From Antedon mediterranea (Eukaryota; Animalia; Echinodermata), in contig NC_092679.1 of assembly GCF_964355755.1 (NCBI RefSeq), forward strand, positions 14,615,432-14,679,431: 64,000 bases of DNA, given 5' to 3'. The position numbers and the translations under genes are program-made. The notes below the pieces were generated by a model. It saw nothing but the letters and a program-made list of their open reading frames with translations. It did no database searches and was not told the DNA's origin. Below, one piece after another: positions 1 through 13,200 of the stretch (position 1 is its first letter; every line of letters starts with the position of its first letter).

Positions 1-606
1 CTACTGTAACTTATATAATATGGTGCTAAGTAAATAGAATAAGCTTGAAACAGTACAAAATATAAACAATAATTAACATATAGTTTCCAATATGTTAGGC
101 CCGACAGTATAGTTTGTATTCTGGGTTTAAAGTTGATATACAGGTCGTCAAAATCTGGTGTATTAAGACACAATATATTATATTATAATTTGATATACTG
201 TATTGTATTGTATACAAATATTATGTTTAAATATGAATTTAATTTAGACAATATGAACAAATATTTTATTATGTTTATGCTATTAATGGGCACTATTATA
301 CTGTACATTGTATGAGTGCAATATCATTGTGTAAGGTCAAGAAAAAACTTGTATTCTTGAGTATTGAGTTCAATATGCCTAGTGGAATGGTGTTTGCATA
401 TGCATGAAACTTAGGTAATATAAAATACTGAATTTCCTTTTTTAAAAAAAGACATACCATGAATGATTTCACAATTTTGCAGATTCCCATTGCATCACAA
501 TGGTAAAGGTTGGGTCTTGGTCATTTGAAGTAGGTGCAGTAAAAAATGTTGAAGCTCAGGAAATGAACATTGAATGTTATAGGTAACTGAGCTTCAAAAG
601 TTAATA

Positions 607-792
607 GGGAGCTTTAGATTTGCGATGACCATGTCATGTTAATTGTGCGCTTGCGGAGAAGTTAGGACACGCTTCCTCGCTCTCTTGTCTTGATGGTTTC
701 TTCTAGGTCCAGGTGACAACCAGCGACTCATCAATTGACCTGACTTACTTGTTTATACTGTATCTGTAGGTCATCGCAAATCGAGAGCTCCC
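607..792. mobile_element. MITE, about 186 bp
   Basis: TIRs gggagctttagatttgcgatgacc / ggtcatcgcaaatcgagagctccc; flanks compatible with a TA (or AT) TSD. Confidence 0.8.
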
Positions 793-1340
793 TATTAGTT
801 AACTTGTAAACCATGGTATAACAGTACCAAGACACTATGAAAAAAGGGTGCCCCTCATAAGCCAATTAGTACCCTAGTAAATAAAGGTATATACTAATTA
901 CTTACTAGTACCTGTGATTAGTAATAGAAAAGTGTGACTTATATAAACTCATAGTGACTTATAAATGCTACAATATTGTACAAAAAATAAATTGAATTGA
1001 AAATGTTAATTGATTTATTTCCATGATTTAGTAAGGCTTATAAATATAATGTACAAAATGTCTATCTTATTTCATACTGTTAAAAACATCACTAGAATAG
1101 AAATTTTTTAATTAAATCTTTTTAAATTTCCTCAGAGATAAGTATTCTTTAAAAAAAACGGAGAAACTTTCATTAAATTTGACATTTTTTTCCTGTTTAT
1201 TTTGTCGCAAAGGTAGCAAAATTTGCTCACATTGCGACATAATAACAGTAAAATCAATCAAAGTAATTCCTAAATCGGAGAATATAAAATTACATACTAA
1301 GATCGGGAAAACTTCTTTTTTTAAATCAGTTGACACACCA

Positions 1341-1389
1341 CAGAATCAGGTGACACAAAACAGAATCAGGTGACACAAAACAGAATCAG
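1341..1389. repeat. 20-bp tandem repeat, about 2.5 copies
   Basis: cagaatcaggtgacacaaaa repeated. Confidence 0.85.
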
Positions 1390-2344
1390 AAGACTTGGCA
1401 GGTCTGTGTAAACAAACAAAATTGGATGGCAATTAAAACCTTCTGTGACAATTCTAAAAAATAAACAAAATTAAACAAATAAAAAACTCACTTTGCAAAT
1501 ATATTTATTTTGTCAAATCTCATACAAACTGTACACCTGATATACATAATATATTCAATTGTAAATAAAATCATATTGTTTACCTTTTTTTTACCCTGGC
1601 ACACACAACTTTAATTATGTACAAAAAATAACCATATAAAACCAACATAGCAATAGTTAATAAATTAAATTAATCAATCACAAATATTCTTATGAGATTT
1701 ACCTAAACAAGATTTATAAAGGATACAGTGTATGATAATACACTCAGTGTACCTGTATAAATTACAGATTTACATTATTTTTTATATATTGTAAATAATA
1801 AAATATTTTGAACAATTCTTTTATTCATTAAATTATAATTTAAATAAACAATATACGATCATGGTTCATCACCGATCAGATTACTTGAGGCCTACAAAGA
1901 AGTTTTGATATTGGCAAATTATCATTTCATCCTCCATCACTATAACACAGCTATTGAGTCTAATAGTCATTCTGACATGCTCATATGTGTGCACAGAATG
2001 ACTTTTTGACTCAACAGCTGCATAGTCACATGGAACATCATAAAAAGAAAATGTGTCATGAGAAAGATGGAGGATGGCTTACAGAGTAAACCTTCACTAA
2101 ACACTTAATGAAGTTGATCTGATGGGAGCTTAGCATACTGTAGTGTATATTTTTATTTTAGTACATTTTTAAAATTAAACCCAATTTTCAAAGGCAGCTG
2201 CAGGAAAATGTACAGAGAATATTTAAATTATTTTTAACAGTAAAACATTTTTGTAAGCACACACATTTAACCAAGGTGGTGAGATGAGTAGAAGAGAAAA
2301 AAGTACCGGTGGGGATTGAAACCACACCGTATTATAACATTTTT

Positions 2345-3282
2345 GTGGATGAGAGTATCAACTTCTCTTGAATGGCATTGCCATTGACTGGAGGTAACTG
2401 TAGTGGATGAATATCAACTTCTCTTGAATGACATTGACATTCACTGCAGGTTACTAAGTGGATGAGAGTATCAACTTCTCTTGAATGACATTGACATTCA
2501 CTGCAGGTTACTAAGTGGATGAGAGTATCAACTTCTCTTGAATGACATTGCCATTCACTGCAGGTTACTAAGTGGATGAGAGTATCAACTTCTCTTGAAT
2601 GACATTGACATTCACTGCAGGTTACTAAGTGGATGAGAGTATCAACTTCTATTGAATGACATTGCCATTCACTGCAGGTTACTAAGTGGATGAGAGTATC
2701 AACTTCTCTTGAATGACATTGCCATTCACTGCAGGTTACTAAGTGGATGAGAGTATCAACTTCTCTTGAATGACATTGACATTCACTGCAGGTTACTAAG
2801 TGGATGAGAGTATCAACTTCTATTGAATGACATTGCCATTCACTGCAGGTTACTAAGTGGATGAGAGTATCAACTTCTCTTGAATGACATTGCCATTCAC
2901 TGCAGGTTATTAAGTGGATGAGAGTATCAACTTCTCTTGAATGACATTGACATTCACTGCAGGTTACTAAGTGGATGAGAGTATCAACTTCTCTTGAATA
3001 ACATTGACATTCACTGCAGGTTACTAAGTGGATGAGAGTCTCAACTTCTCTTGAATGACATTGCCATTCACTGCAGGTTATTAAGTGGATGAGAGTATCA
3101 ACTTCTCTTGAATGACATTGACATTCACTGCAGGTTACTAAGTGGATGAGAGTCTCAACTTCTCTTGAATGACATTGACATTCACTGCAGGTTACTAAGT
3201 GGATGAGAGTATCAACTTCTTTTGAATGACATTGACATCCACGGCAGGTTACTATGTAAGTGGATGAGAGTATCAACTTCTC
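2345..3282. repeat. 57-bp minisatellite, about 16 copies
   Basis: unit gtggatgagagtatcaacttctcttgaatgacattgacattcactgcaggttactaa. Confidence 0.97.
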
Positions 3283-5144
3283 TCGAAGGACATTGTCATC
3301 CATTGAATGTTACTTCCAGCTTTACTCAACATTCGTATAAACTTACATCTAGGTGATGCACAAGAATACAAGAAACGTTGAAAGCAATCGAGAAGCCACA
3401 ACACAAGTAGATGCAACTCCAAAGCAAACATAAAATTGTCATTTAAACAACAACTCTAAACTTCAGACACTTTTGTTTGAAAATATTCAATATATTAACA
3501 AAACATGCTAAATTATTTACACTAATTATAATCTAAAGTAAACCTCAAATACCGTCAAAAACATATTTCAATAAATTAGGAACATATACAATAATTTACA
3601 TTTCAATCATAATTACAGTACTATAAAATTGCATGATTTTTTCCCAATTCAGAAAATGAACATCATGTTTTGGAGTAATTTACAAATTCTTCTCCGCTTG
3701 TCTCAAGCCGAGAATGAAATAGCACCTTAGATTCATATTTAATATCAATGTTATTAATTATCATCAAGATAATAAACTGGAATTAATCAATAATGATTTT
3801 TGACTAATACAGTAGTTATATTAAAATTAATTTTGTAATTTATTATATAAAATACCTGAACCTTTCTTAAAGCCTGATTAAAATACCAAGAAATTGGAGA
3901 GTATTATCTTTAAAGCCTCAAAGCTATTACCCGCCTTAAATATGTGCAAGGCATATGCTATGCTTTGCACACAAAAATGCTGATTGATTTATTATATTAT
4001 ATTAGTGGCCTACGCAAAATGTAAATAATAATCATCGGAAGAGCAAATCTTGGACTAAAAAATTACTGTATTCAGAAAGTAGTATTTCTGTCTCCTTGGC
4101 TTTGAATTGTCTATTTTAATCTGGGAGATCAATGGAAACCTAGTATTATTTGGAGCTGACAATATGGTTACGCTAATTGATAATAACTGAATGCTTATGA
4201 TATAGAATAATGTGAAATTGATGCAGAAATCGTGTATAATTTGAAGATCCGACAACGTGATTGCATAATGTATCAAATGCCATGCATTATTTTCTGCTAT
4301 TTCATCTGTTGTGTACTATTGCAGTCAACCTTTTGTACAACACACTAAGCTTGTGAATGATGCATCTATAACTACTTTAACCTATTGTCAGAGTGGCCTA
4401 GCTGTTAACGTTTTATTCAAGATGAAAGCAGAGGCATAATTGAATAAAAGTTTACTTTGGAACAGTAGTAATGTTTTGTATGCGTTTTAATTAGGAGAAT
4501 AGTTTGACTGATTCGTGTTGAATATAACTCTTCAACTCTTGATAACATCTAAACTATTCATTATTTGTATACTATTGCTTAATGATATTTAGTGTTATAC
4601 TGCTCTATTGATTAGAAATACAACAACACTACAGCATTTTCGGTGTAGTGCACAATGGATCACCGATCACACAGAAAAAATTTTAAAAACAGTATTCTTT
4701 CAATCGTAATACTGACTAGTTATTAATCACATTATCCATGTCTAATAAAGACAATTTAATCTCCCTACCCACGATATGTAATTCAATAATTAAAGCAGAA
4801 AACGAAAATTACAATTCCCACTGGAACTCAATCTATAAATAAATTTGGCGATTGTTGTGTACCATGTGCAAATTGTGTGGAAAATGACAAATTGCGCATT
4901 TAGAACAACATTCTTTTTAGTCAGCATTTTACCATAATACTAGTAGGTACATATTAATGCTCCTAAGGTATCAAAAGATATTTCTTTAACAAGTTGCAGA
5001 TGGGCTGGCAAATGGCATCAAGGCTTTTTGTGTTCAAAGTATTCTTCAGGATGACATGATGGGTACAACCTCAGCCTCCATCTTAAAAATCTTTCTTGAT
5101 CATTTGTATACATTTTTAAATGATGGTATTTGTTATCAACTTCT

Positions 5145-5167
5145 TCAAAACTCCCATTCAGAATCAC
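5145..5167 (-). CDS. STARD9: Probable terminal coding exon (G)DSEWEF*
   Basis: gtgtttttag acceptor at 5168-5169; the phase-1 frame reaches TGA at 5145-5147. Confidence 0.55.
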
Positions 5168-5609
5168 CTAAAAACACAAACAACATTTAATGTTAGAATA
5201 ATATAACCAAAAATGTGTCATGAATGTCTACACTGATGATGTCAGAGCACTTTCTGCTGTCAACAAGAAATCTCCCATTTTTCTATAGGAATGAAATCAG
5301 ATGATATAATACCTTGATGGAACATTGTACATTAGCTGGCCTTTCCTTTGGACTCAATTATGTCATGAACACTATCTACATGGTAGATTTTGGATAGACA
5401 TTTTTGCAGACTTGTTATATAGTATTTTATTCATTAGCCAATATGACAGTGACACCATTTACACAGTTAGCAAACTAAACCACATCCTATATGTATTGCC
5501 CTCTTGAAACTTTTGTTTACACTTCTATAATTTAACTTAGCTTCTATAATTTATTTATTATATATTTTTGATTTTATGTACCTTCACTTTTATATATAAA
5601 TCCAAAGGC

Positions 5610-5748
5610 AAATTACTGAAAAAAATGACAATGCTGTGGGTATCAGTGGCTGGATCTCAATGGAGATACAAAAAAAAAGCGAAAAGCTAAATCAAAACGA
5701 TAAAGTAAACAGCCAGAAAAGTTAGCAGAGCTTTCGGACAACACTAGC
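5610..5748 (+). repeat. Dispersed repeat of about 130 bp, copy 1 of 3
   Basis: acaatgctg..tatcagtggctggatctcaatg..aaaacgataaagtaaa..gcagagcttt shared with 15910..16050 and 56301..56420. Confidence 0.8.
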
Positions 5749-6196
5749 ATTGTTACTATACTTATAGGCCTACGGGGGTCACGACTTAAAGTTCAGTGAA
5801 CTTACTGTGATCTCCATCCACCCACATTTAATATATTTATACTCATGTTTGAGTCTATATCTATATAAGTGAGTGGAAAAATAAACGAAACGAAACACTG
5901 TTTATTAAAGTTAAATTAACTAAGTAAAGTTGTTAAATTGACAGAGTTAGCACTTATGTTGGAACCCATTTAATTTGGACTATTGATTTAAGGTATTTTG
6001 AAAAGTCAACTGATTGAGTAGTGTTATTTGGAAACATAACTGCATGTTGACAAGTTGTACTGGTCATCATAAAATTGAAACTGAACATCACTAGGTTTTA
6101 AGATCTTCTGAATAACTGATTTATATCATGAAATTGAAAGCTCCTTATATTATTCAGTTTAAAAATTAAAACATGTAGATGCTAATTGTTTCTTAC

Positions 6197-6995
6197 CTGT
6201 TATCACTGGTGATGCAAAAGAAGAGTATCCCCTGTACCTGTGTCCATCTTCCACTGGATAGTTCCTGTAGTTGTAACTAGGTTCTGGTGATTGCTGGGAC
6301 TCTTGTCTAACTCGTAAGATCTGTTCATCATATGTATGAGATCTTCTATGTGGTGTTTGTGTGCCCTCTACACTTCTTTGATGCCTTTTTCCATTATGAT
6401 GATGCTCATGTTCTCTAGATCGCGGATGATGTCTGTCAGAATGACCATGAAGAGAGTTCCTAGATTTTTCATATCGTTTTATCCTTTCTAAAGACTCTTT
6501 ATACCTTGCTTCAACTAACATAGGATCTGCCATCATCTTGATTTTGGCATTATTTAGAGTGTTAGTAGATATGTCAGCTTCACGGTAAGTTGCAGAGGAC
6601 CGTGAAAACTCATAAGAAAATCTTGGAGAAATTTCCTCATCAGTAGAAAAAGAGGAATGGTAGAAATCAAAACGACTCCTATGAGAGATATTTGGGCTAC
6701 CAGACTTTCCATCAGAAACCGGTGATCCACGGTAATTATCAGATCCTATGGACAAACTACTTCTTGTATGTGATCGATCAGTTGATGGTGGTGAGTAGCT
6801 GTATCCAGAAGATGCTATGGAGCTGTGGTCAGGAGAGAATGACTCTCTGCGTACAGCAGTCACATGGTTATTTGGAAGTGGTTGATCATAACCATGCCAC
6901 GTTCTGTTGAGTCGAGTTTGATGGCCATAATCTCTAGACTTATTGCCATATCTTCTGGATTCACCATTTCTATGATTCACTGCCAACTCTACATT
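6197..6995 (-). CDS. STARD9: Ser/Arg/His-rich exon NVELAVNHRNGES...SPVIT
   Basis: tttttttctaattag acceptor, G|gtaaga donor, 799 nt, phase 0-1; overlaps ORF 6159..6986. Confidence 0.9.
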
Positions 6996-7210
6996 CTAAT
7001 TAGAAAAAAAGAAGAGATGATATTTAATATCAACATAGTCACGGCTAGTAAAAATCCAAAGTACTGTATATCTCTTATAGTTTGGTCAATAATATCATAG
7101 TACCCTGAAATTGTGTTACAGGTTTTTATCTTTTTAAATAAACAGTTAATATGATCTTATGTACTAGATATAATAGAAAGTTTAATATTTGTCAGTCTAA
7201 ATGATTTTAC

Positions 7211-10200
7211 CTGTTCTGATGAAGTTCGCCTGTGGCTCCAATCTTTAATCCTCAGAAGTTGTCTCTCCTCCAAAAGGATTCGTTTTCTTTCATCTCTTAT
7301 GCAATCTTCAGCTCTTACTCTTGCTTCTGATGTAAGATTTTCAATGTCCCGTAAATATTTCATTTCATCTTTTAATCTCTGCTTTTCTTTGTTTGTTTGT
7401 TGTTTAAGTTTTTCTTTAGCTTTTGAGATCTCCATTTGAGACTGCTCCCGCGTTCTTTGATACTCAGCTAAAAGCTCATCAATGCCACTATTCTCAGAAG
7501 CAGTCTCTGTCTGACTAGTTGCTTTCACAACATCTTTCCTGAGCTTCTGTAGGTATTCTAATTGGCGTGATGGCTGCCTTAAACTGCCAACTGGTGAGAG
7601 ATCTAGTCCTGAATTGGCACTATTACTTCTTAAATGATTCCTTTCAGGAACAACTATAGAATAGTGTCCATTACTGGTGTGTGGTCTTTGTATATCCTTT
7701 CTATGTTTTTGATTGCTTGAATTGGGAGATTTTTCAAGATAAGTAGGTTTCTTTAAATGCGTCCAGTCATTAACAGAGTTGTCATTTTCTAAGAATCTGA
7801 GCCAAGCATCAGTTTCTCCTATACCATGCATCATCCTAGCTTCCATCAGTTCAACTGAAGTGTCATGTCGATCAAGCAAATTACCAGGGGAAGCTATTCC
7901 TATGTAATAATGGTCACCATCTGTACTATTTAAAGCCTGATCAACCTCTGTGCTTTCATCCTGGAAATCACTAGAAGCATTTTTACATGAAACATTGGTC
8001 TGAGTACTAGAATCAGCAGCATCAGAAACGTGTGAGGATCTATGACCATTTATTATACTTCTATGATGGTTATGACTTACACCATTAGACACTCTATCAG
8101 ATATTGTCCTTGAATGTATTACTTTCTCACAATCTTCCAGCTCACGTATTTGTGTCTTTCTATGATGCACATTTTCAGTAGACTTTGAAAGTTCATCTTG
8201 AATGTCACTTAATATTTCTACATCTGTAACAGGTTCTAGTTGACTTGGTGATTTACATAAAAACTTAGTTGGAAGACCAGCCATTTCCTGAACATTTTCA
8301 ACTGTCAGTGAGGCAGGATGCTTAATTTCAATATTATGCTTAGGAGTTGAAATTTCACTTTCAGATGGTGAAGGTTTTATATGGATAGCTGATCTTCCTG
8401 TAAATGTTAAAACATCTGAGTTTTCTTGTTCAATCATTTCTACAGACTTTACCCCATCAATTTCAAATGGTTCAGTGATAGTATACTTATGAGATAAGTT
8501 AAAAGTTTTATACTTTCCATTCTCCAAGACACTTTCTGTTAACCAATCTGGTCTCACTGGGGAAAGAGGTTTCAGATTAATCCTCATATTCTGAGGATCT
8601 AAACGTTGTCCATCCATCTCATTGTCATCATGTTTCCTAATATCAGATGATTGTAAAGGAAGTGAATTGCTAGACAATTTATAGCTCACAGGAACCTTAA
8701 GAGCATCATCACTTAACTGATCATCTGTAAGTGTTGGTGGATCCCGTTTTCTTTTAGCCAATTCAACTGATATATGATCATTTTCAATCTCATTCATAAG
8801 TGCAACAAGTTCTGGTTCCACAGCTGAGTCTTCCAAGTCAGAGTCTGGGCTTGAAGTCTCCTCAAGAATTCGTTCAACATCTGCATGTGATTTTCTTAAA
8901 GCTCTTAAATCTTCATCACTTTCATCAAGGTCAAAATTGACACCATAGTTTGGTAGATTGACGACAACTTTCTGGTCAACTGGAAATTGTGAGTATGACT
9001 GTTGATGCCGATTGCCATCCTTCAAGTAGAAATGATACCCATGAGTTGGAATGGTCTCTTGCTCATAATCAGATTCTTGGTCAGATTCTTCAATTTCCTG
9101 CATTCTATAATTTTGTTCATATTCAACTATTGGTGATGGCTCCTCAGCTTCAACTGGTGATTGGCTATCTGGTGTTGCATTGTTTTCACTATCATTCTTG
9201 GATGAAACACAGAGCTGTGAAGAAAATGGCTGAATGACATTGTTTTCATCTTTTGGTTCACTTTTGTCAGAAATCTCACTATGTTGTGATGAAGTATAGT
9301 TAGTTGGCAATTTCATAAACCCGTTTTGCATAATAGCATGAGAAATCACTTTACTAGTGTCAATTGTTTCACAAGCTAATTCTTCCTCTTTTATAGGATT
9401 CATATGGCATTTTGTACCTTCATCAGTTTCTTTATTTTCAGATAATGATGCAGCTGTTTCCTCTTCAAAATCCATACTGATATTTCCAGATGGTATGATT
9501 TGTAATTCATTTCTGAAACGTGTTATTTCATGATTGCCAACATCACCTTTATGTCTCGAGGTAACTTCTGCAGTGTCTGGCAGGCTTTCTATGCCTAATA
9601 AAAATTGCTTTTTATCTGACATTGATTTACTTAATTGTTCTTCCTCTTCTTGTTCTTCTTTCAATTGTTGATAAAATGATTTTACTTCAGAAAGAACCAT
9701 GTTCTGTTGTACATATTGCTCACAAAGCATAAGTTTGAACTTTGCAAATTCTAGTGCAGCTGTGTCTGCATCCTTTTCTGAATTATCTAGTAGGATGTCA
9801 TTAGTTTCCTGCAGATCTTCTATTTGGCATTCTGCACTTAATGATTTATCAACTTTCTTTCTTGATTTTCTATTTCCTTTATCACTTTCATCTTTATTAG
9901 AACATTGACCAATTGAATCTTCTAGTTGTTCACATTGTGATGGGATATCTATATTTGTTTTTGTTGCTGGTGTTAAAACGGACAAATTTCTTTCCAATAG
10001 TTCATTGTCAGTTATTATTAACTCTGGTAATTGTGTATATACAACTTGTTTATCCATTTTATTCAACCTTATAAAGCCCAGTTTAGAAACTTTAGTGTCT
10101 TCACCCTCTTTTGAACCTGTTTGAGGAATTTCAGAATCTGAATCTGTGATTCTTTCTTGTGCATCCATAAAACCAGTTTTTAATTCTTCATCTTCTTCAG

Positions 10201-13200
10201 GATTGTCTTCGGCAGAATGATCTAAGCTATCCATACTATCAGTCATATTGCTTTGTCTTAGATCTGATGTAAGCCTTTGAGCCCGGGAGGCAACTTGTTG
10301 AGCTTTCTCCTTCATTTCTTTAATTCTTTCAAGGAACATCAGATCATCATTTTCAAGAGATGCATCCTCTGATTTTATTGGTGAATCCTCAGAATCTCCC
10401 TCTAGTGGCTGATAGTCACTTGTGTTGTCTGATTCACCTCCAATAAATTCTTCCTCTGATTCACTTTCCGTCAAAGACTTTTTAACAGTTTGATCATTGA
10501 TGTCTACATTAACTTCACTTGGAATTGGATCAGTCTGAATTTCTTGATCAATTAAATATGAAATGTCATTATTGGAAAGGTTTCCATTCTGATATGATGT
10601 ACCAACACTTATTAAATCCTTCAAATCATCAACTTGAATCCCAGAATCAGAATATGTTGGTGTTTTTAAATCAATTTCATTTGATGGATTTAGTAATAGT
10701 AAACTCTTCTCCTCATATTGTAACATATTCTGATCATTATCTGTTTGTACACCCATTGATAGTTGGTGAATGCTTAAGCTATGCGGACTCTTTGATTCAT
10801 CTAAAGGTGATGGCCCAGAAATATCTGTTTGACATACAGCACTTTGCTTTAAATCATTGTCAGTTTGTGTTGACATGGCAACAGATTCCTTTAATGGTAG
10901 AATGTCGTTTTCTTTACTTTCTGGCACCTTCTGTTGGATATTGGAGTCAACAGGTTTAAGTGATTGGTGTAAATTATCATTTGATCTATCAATATCTGGA
11001 ACATGGTCTTCATTAGTCAAGACATGAACATCACCAGGTTGATCAATTGTTTCATATATTTCTGTACAATTTTGGAAACTGTTTTCATATTGTGTTTCTG
11101 CATCTTTCATTTGATTTTCTAGCAACATGTTTTCAAGACTCCTTGTATTTGCATATTTTTCTCTTGAATCATTAACAGAATCTGTAGAAGTTGATGTATC
11201 ACAAACTGACTTTGAAGGCTGCTGCTGATACAAGTCATTACATTCTGTGAAAGAACCAATATGTTTTACATCATTGGAATTATCCATTGTTGTCAGTGTT
11301 GCAACTGACACCATCAATGGTAAAACATTTTTAATTCCTTTGTCACAAAGAGAATTCGAAGTTTTATCAATATCAGGAACTGAAATTCCAACTTTATTGT
11401 GAGTTAAGTCAGTTTGTATCTCAACAGAAACTCCTGGATCAGCAACATCCCTAATATCTGTCACAAATTCTGGAGGAGCATCAATTATATCTGTGGATTT
11501 GTCTACAGGTATAAGCTCTGTTTGTGTTCCATAGCTGGCTTTTATACCATAATCTATTTTTGATGGAATATTTTCTGGCAATTGCTTTTCATTGGCAGAT
11601 GTACAAAGTCCTTGGAAGTTAGATTCCTCTTCAGTTTGTGTTCCTATTTCAAATGTTGATACTTTTGTGATTTTACTTGAATTTTCAGAATACACATCAA
11701 CAGTTCCATCAGGAGGGAATCGTGTGCCATCTTTGCTGTCTTCCCAAATATTAAACGCTGGATCAAAGTTCTCAACTATGCCTGGTTGATCTTCTATGAA
11801 GTCTGGTTGTCCGCTATCTATCATGTCAGCTGAATTTATGACATCACCAATATTGTGCTCAACTGGAACAACATGCGACATCACAGGGTTCTGTGCAGTA
11901 TCAATTGTAGAAATTAATGCGAGATTCTGAGGTAAATTATTAGCTTTGACAGTCTCAGCTTGCACAGCAGTTTCTGTAATATCATCAACAAAATCACCTT
12001 TGTACGGGTTATGGTTTTCTTTTAAGACAGCACTAATATTTTTTTCTGGTGGAGTTGGAACCCTACGAGGACTATCCATTCTCTCTGGTGATGATGACTC
12101 GTCAGAAGAATAGATGGTGCTTTTAGTACCAAGCAATAAAGAAATCATCTTTAATTGAGCATTTGCAATGGCATAGTTCTGGCCAATTAATCGAAATTCT
12201 ATACATGGAAGTTCATCAACAGATTCAGACTCATTGCTTGAATTTTGAAGCCCAACCTGCAACAATTTCTTTTGCGGATTTAATACACTTGCATATTCAA
12301 CATCCTCAGATGATTGGCCTGGTTCAAATACATCTTTCACAGGTTCTTTTGACATGGAACTATCATTTTCATTGAGTTGTAAATCATTTTGTGCTGGTGC
12401 ATGTTCTGTATTTTGAAGGTTTAATGAGTCTTTCTTTTGATCATCAGTCGTGGAATTAAATTCTAATTCAGAAAGGGGCTCAATGGCTCCTTCTAATTTA
12501 TTGACAATATCAAAATTGTTCTCGGCATCCAAAATGTGTTTTGGATTATTTTCCAAAGCATGGTGATTGTCTACAACACCAATTACCAGCTGTGCTTTAT
12601 CGCTTTCAGTATCACAGTTTTTTTCAATTTCTGAGTCCACATTATTCTCAATTTCATTCTGTTCAGTTAGCAGTAAAGATGAAGTAACAATATTGGGTTG
12701 TTGATCAATAGCAGACGTTTGTTCAACAGGATCATTTTCAAAACAGTCTTCTTCCGTTGAAGAACTTTCAGTACTGTCGATATCCACACCTTCACTTATG
12801 AGAGATTCACTGGCATCAGTACTGGAACACTCTTTTACATCTATCCTCTTGTCATGTAAGTTGTATGTTTTGTTTTCATCTGGACTATCCTCATCAGCAG
12901 ATGAAAACGGAGACGTGTCTGTTGTAGTATCTACAGTGTTGTCATTTTCTGATGACTGTACCTCCTCTTTGATATCTGCCAAAGGTCTATTAACTAGAAC
13001 ACCTGCATTAACATAATAATCTGCTCCTTCCATGGAATCTCCAGATGAACTATCAGAGTCGGAGTCCTCTGTATATTGGTCTTCACATGTATCAGCACCC
13101 TGCTTTTCTTGGATCATATTTACTACCAAAGATGGAGAATTTGTAAGTTTATTACATGTTTCTTCATTATCGTTTTTCTCCATGTTCTCATTTAGTTGTT

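Noticed and set aside
1-1030. Possible 3' UTR of a convergent plus-strand gene (aataaa near 986)
   Set aside because: No coding exon visible, and AATAAA is too common in AT-rich DNA to support a call
4940-5020. TGA followed by Cys and 25 open codons as a possible selenocysteine codon
   Set aside because: No canonical SECIS recognised; the 1948..2020 hairpin lacks the SECIS core geometry
5720-5760. cgaaagctc on the minus strand of the dispersed repeat, suggesting a Penelope-type hammerhead
   Set aside because: The CUGANGA half is absent from all three copies; at most a truncated relic
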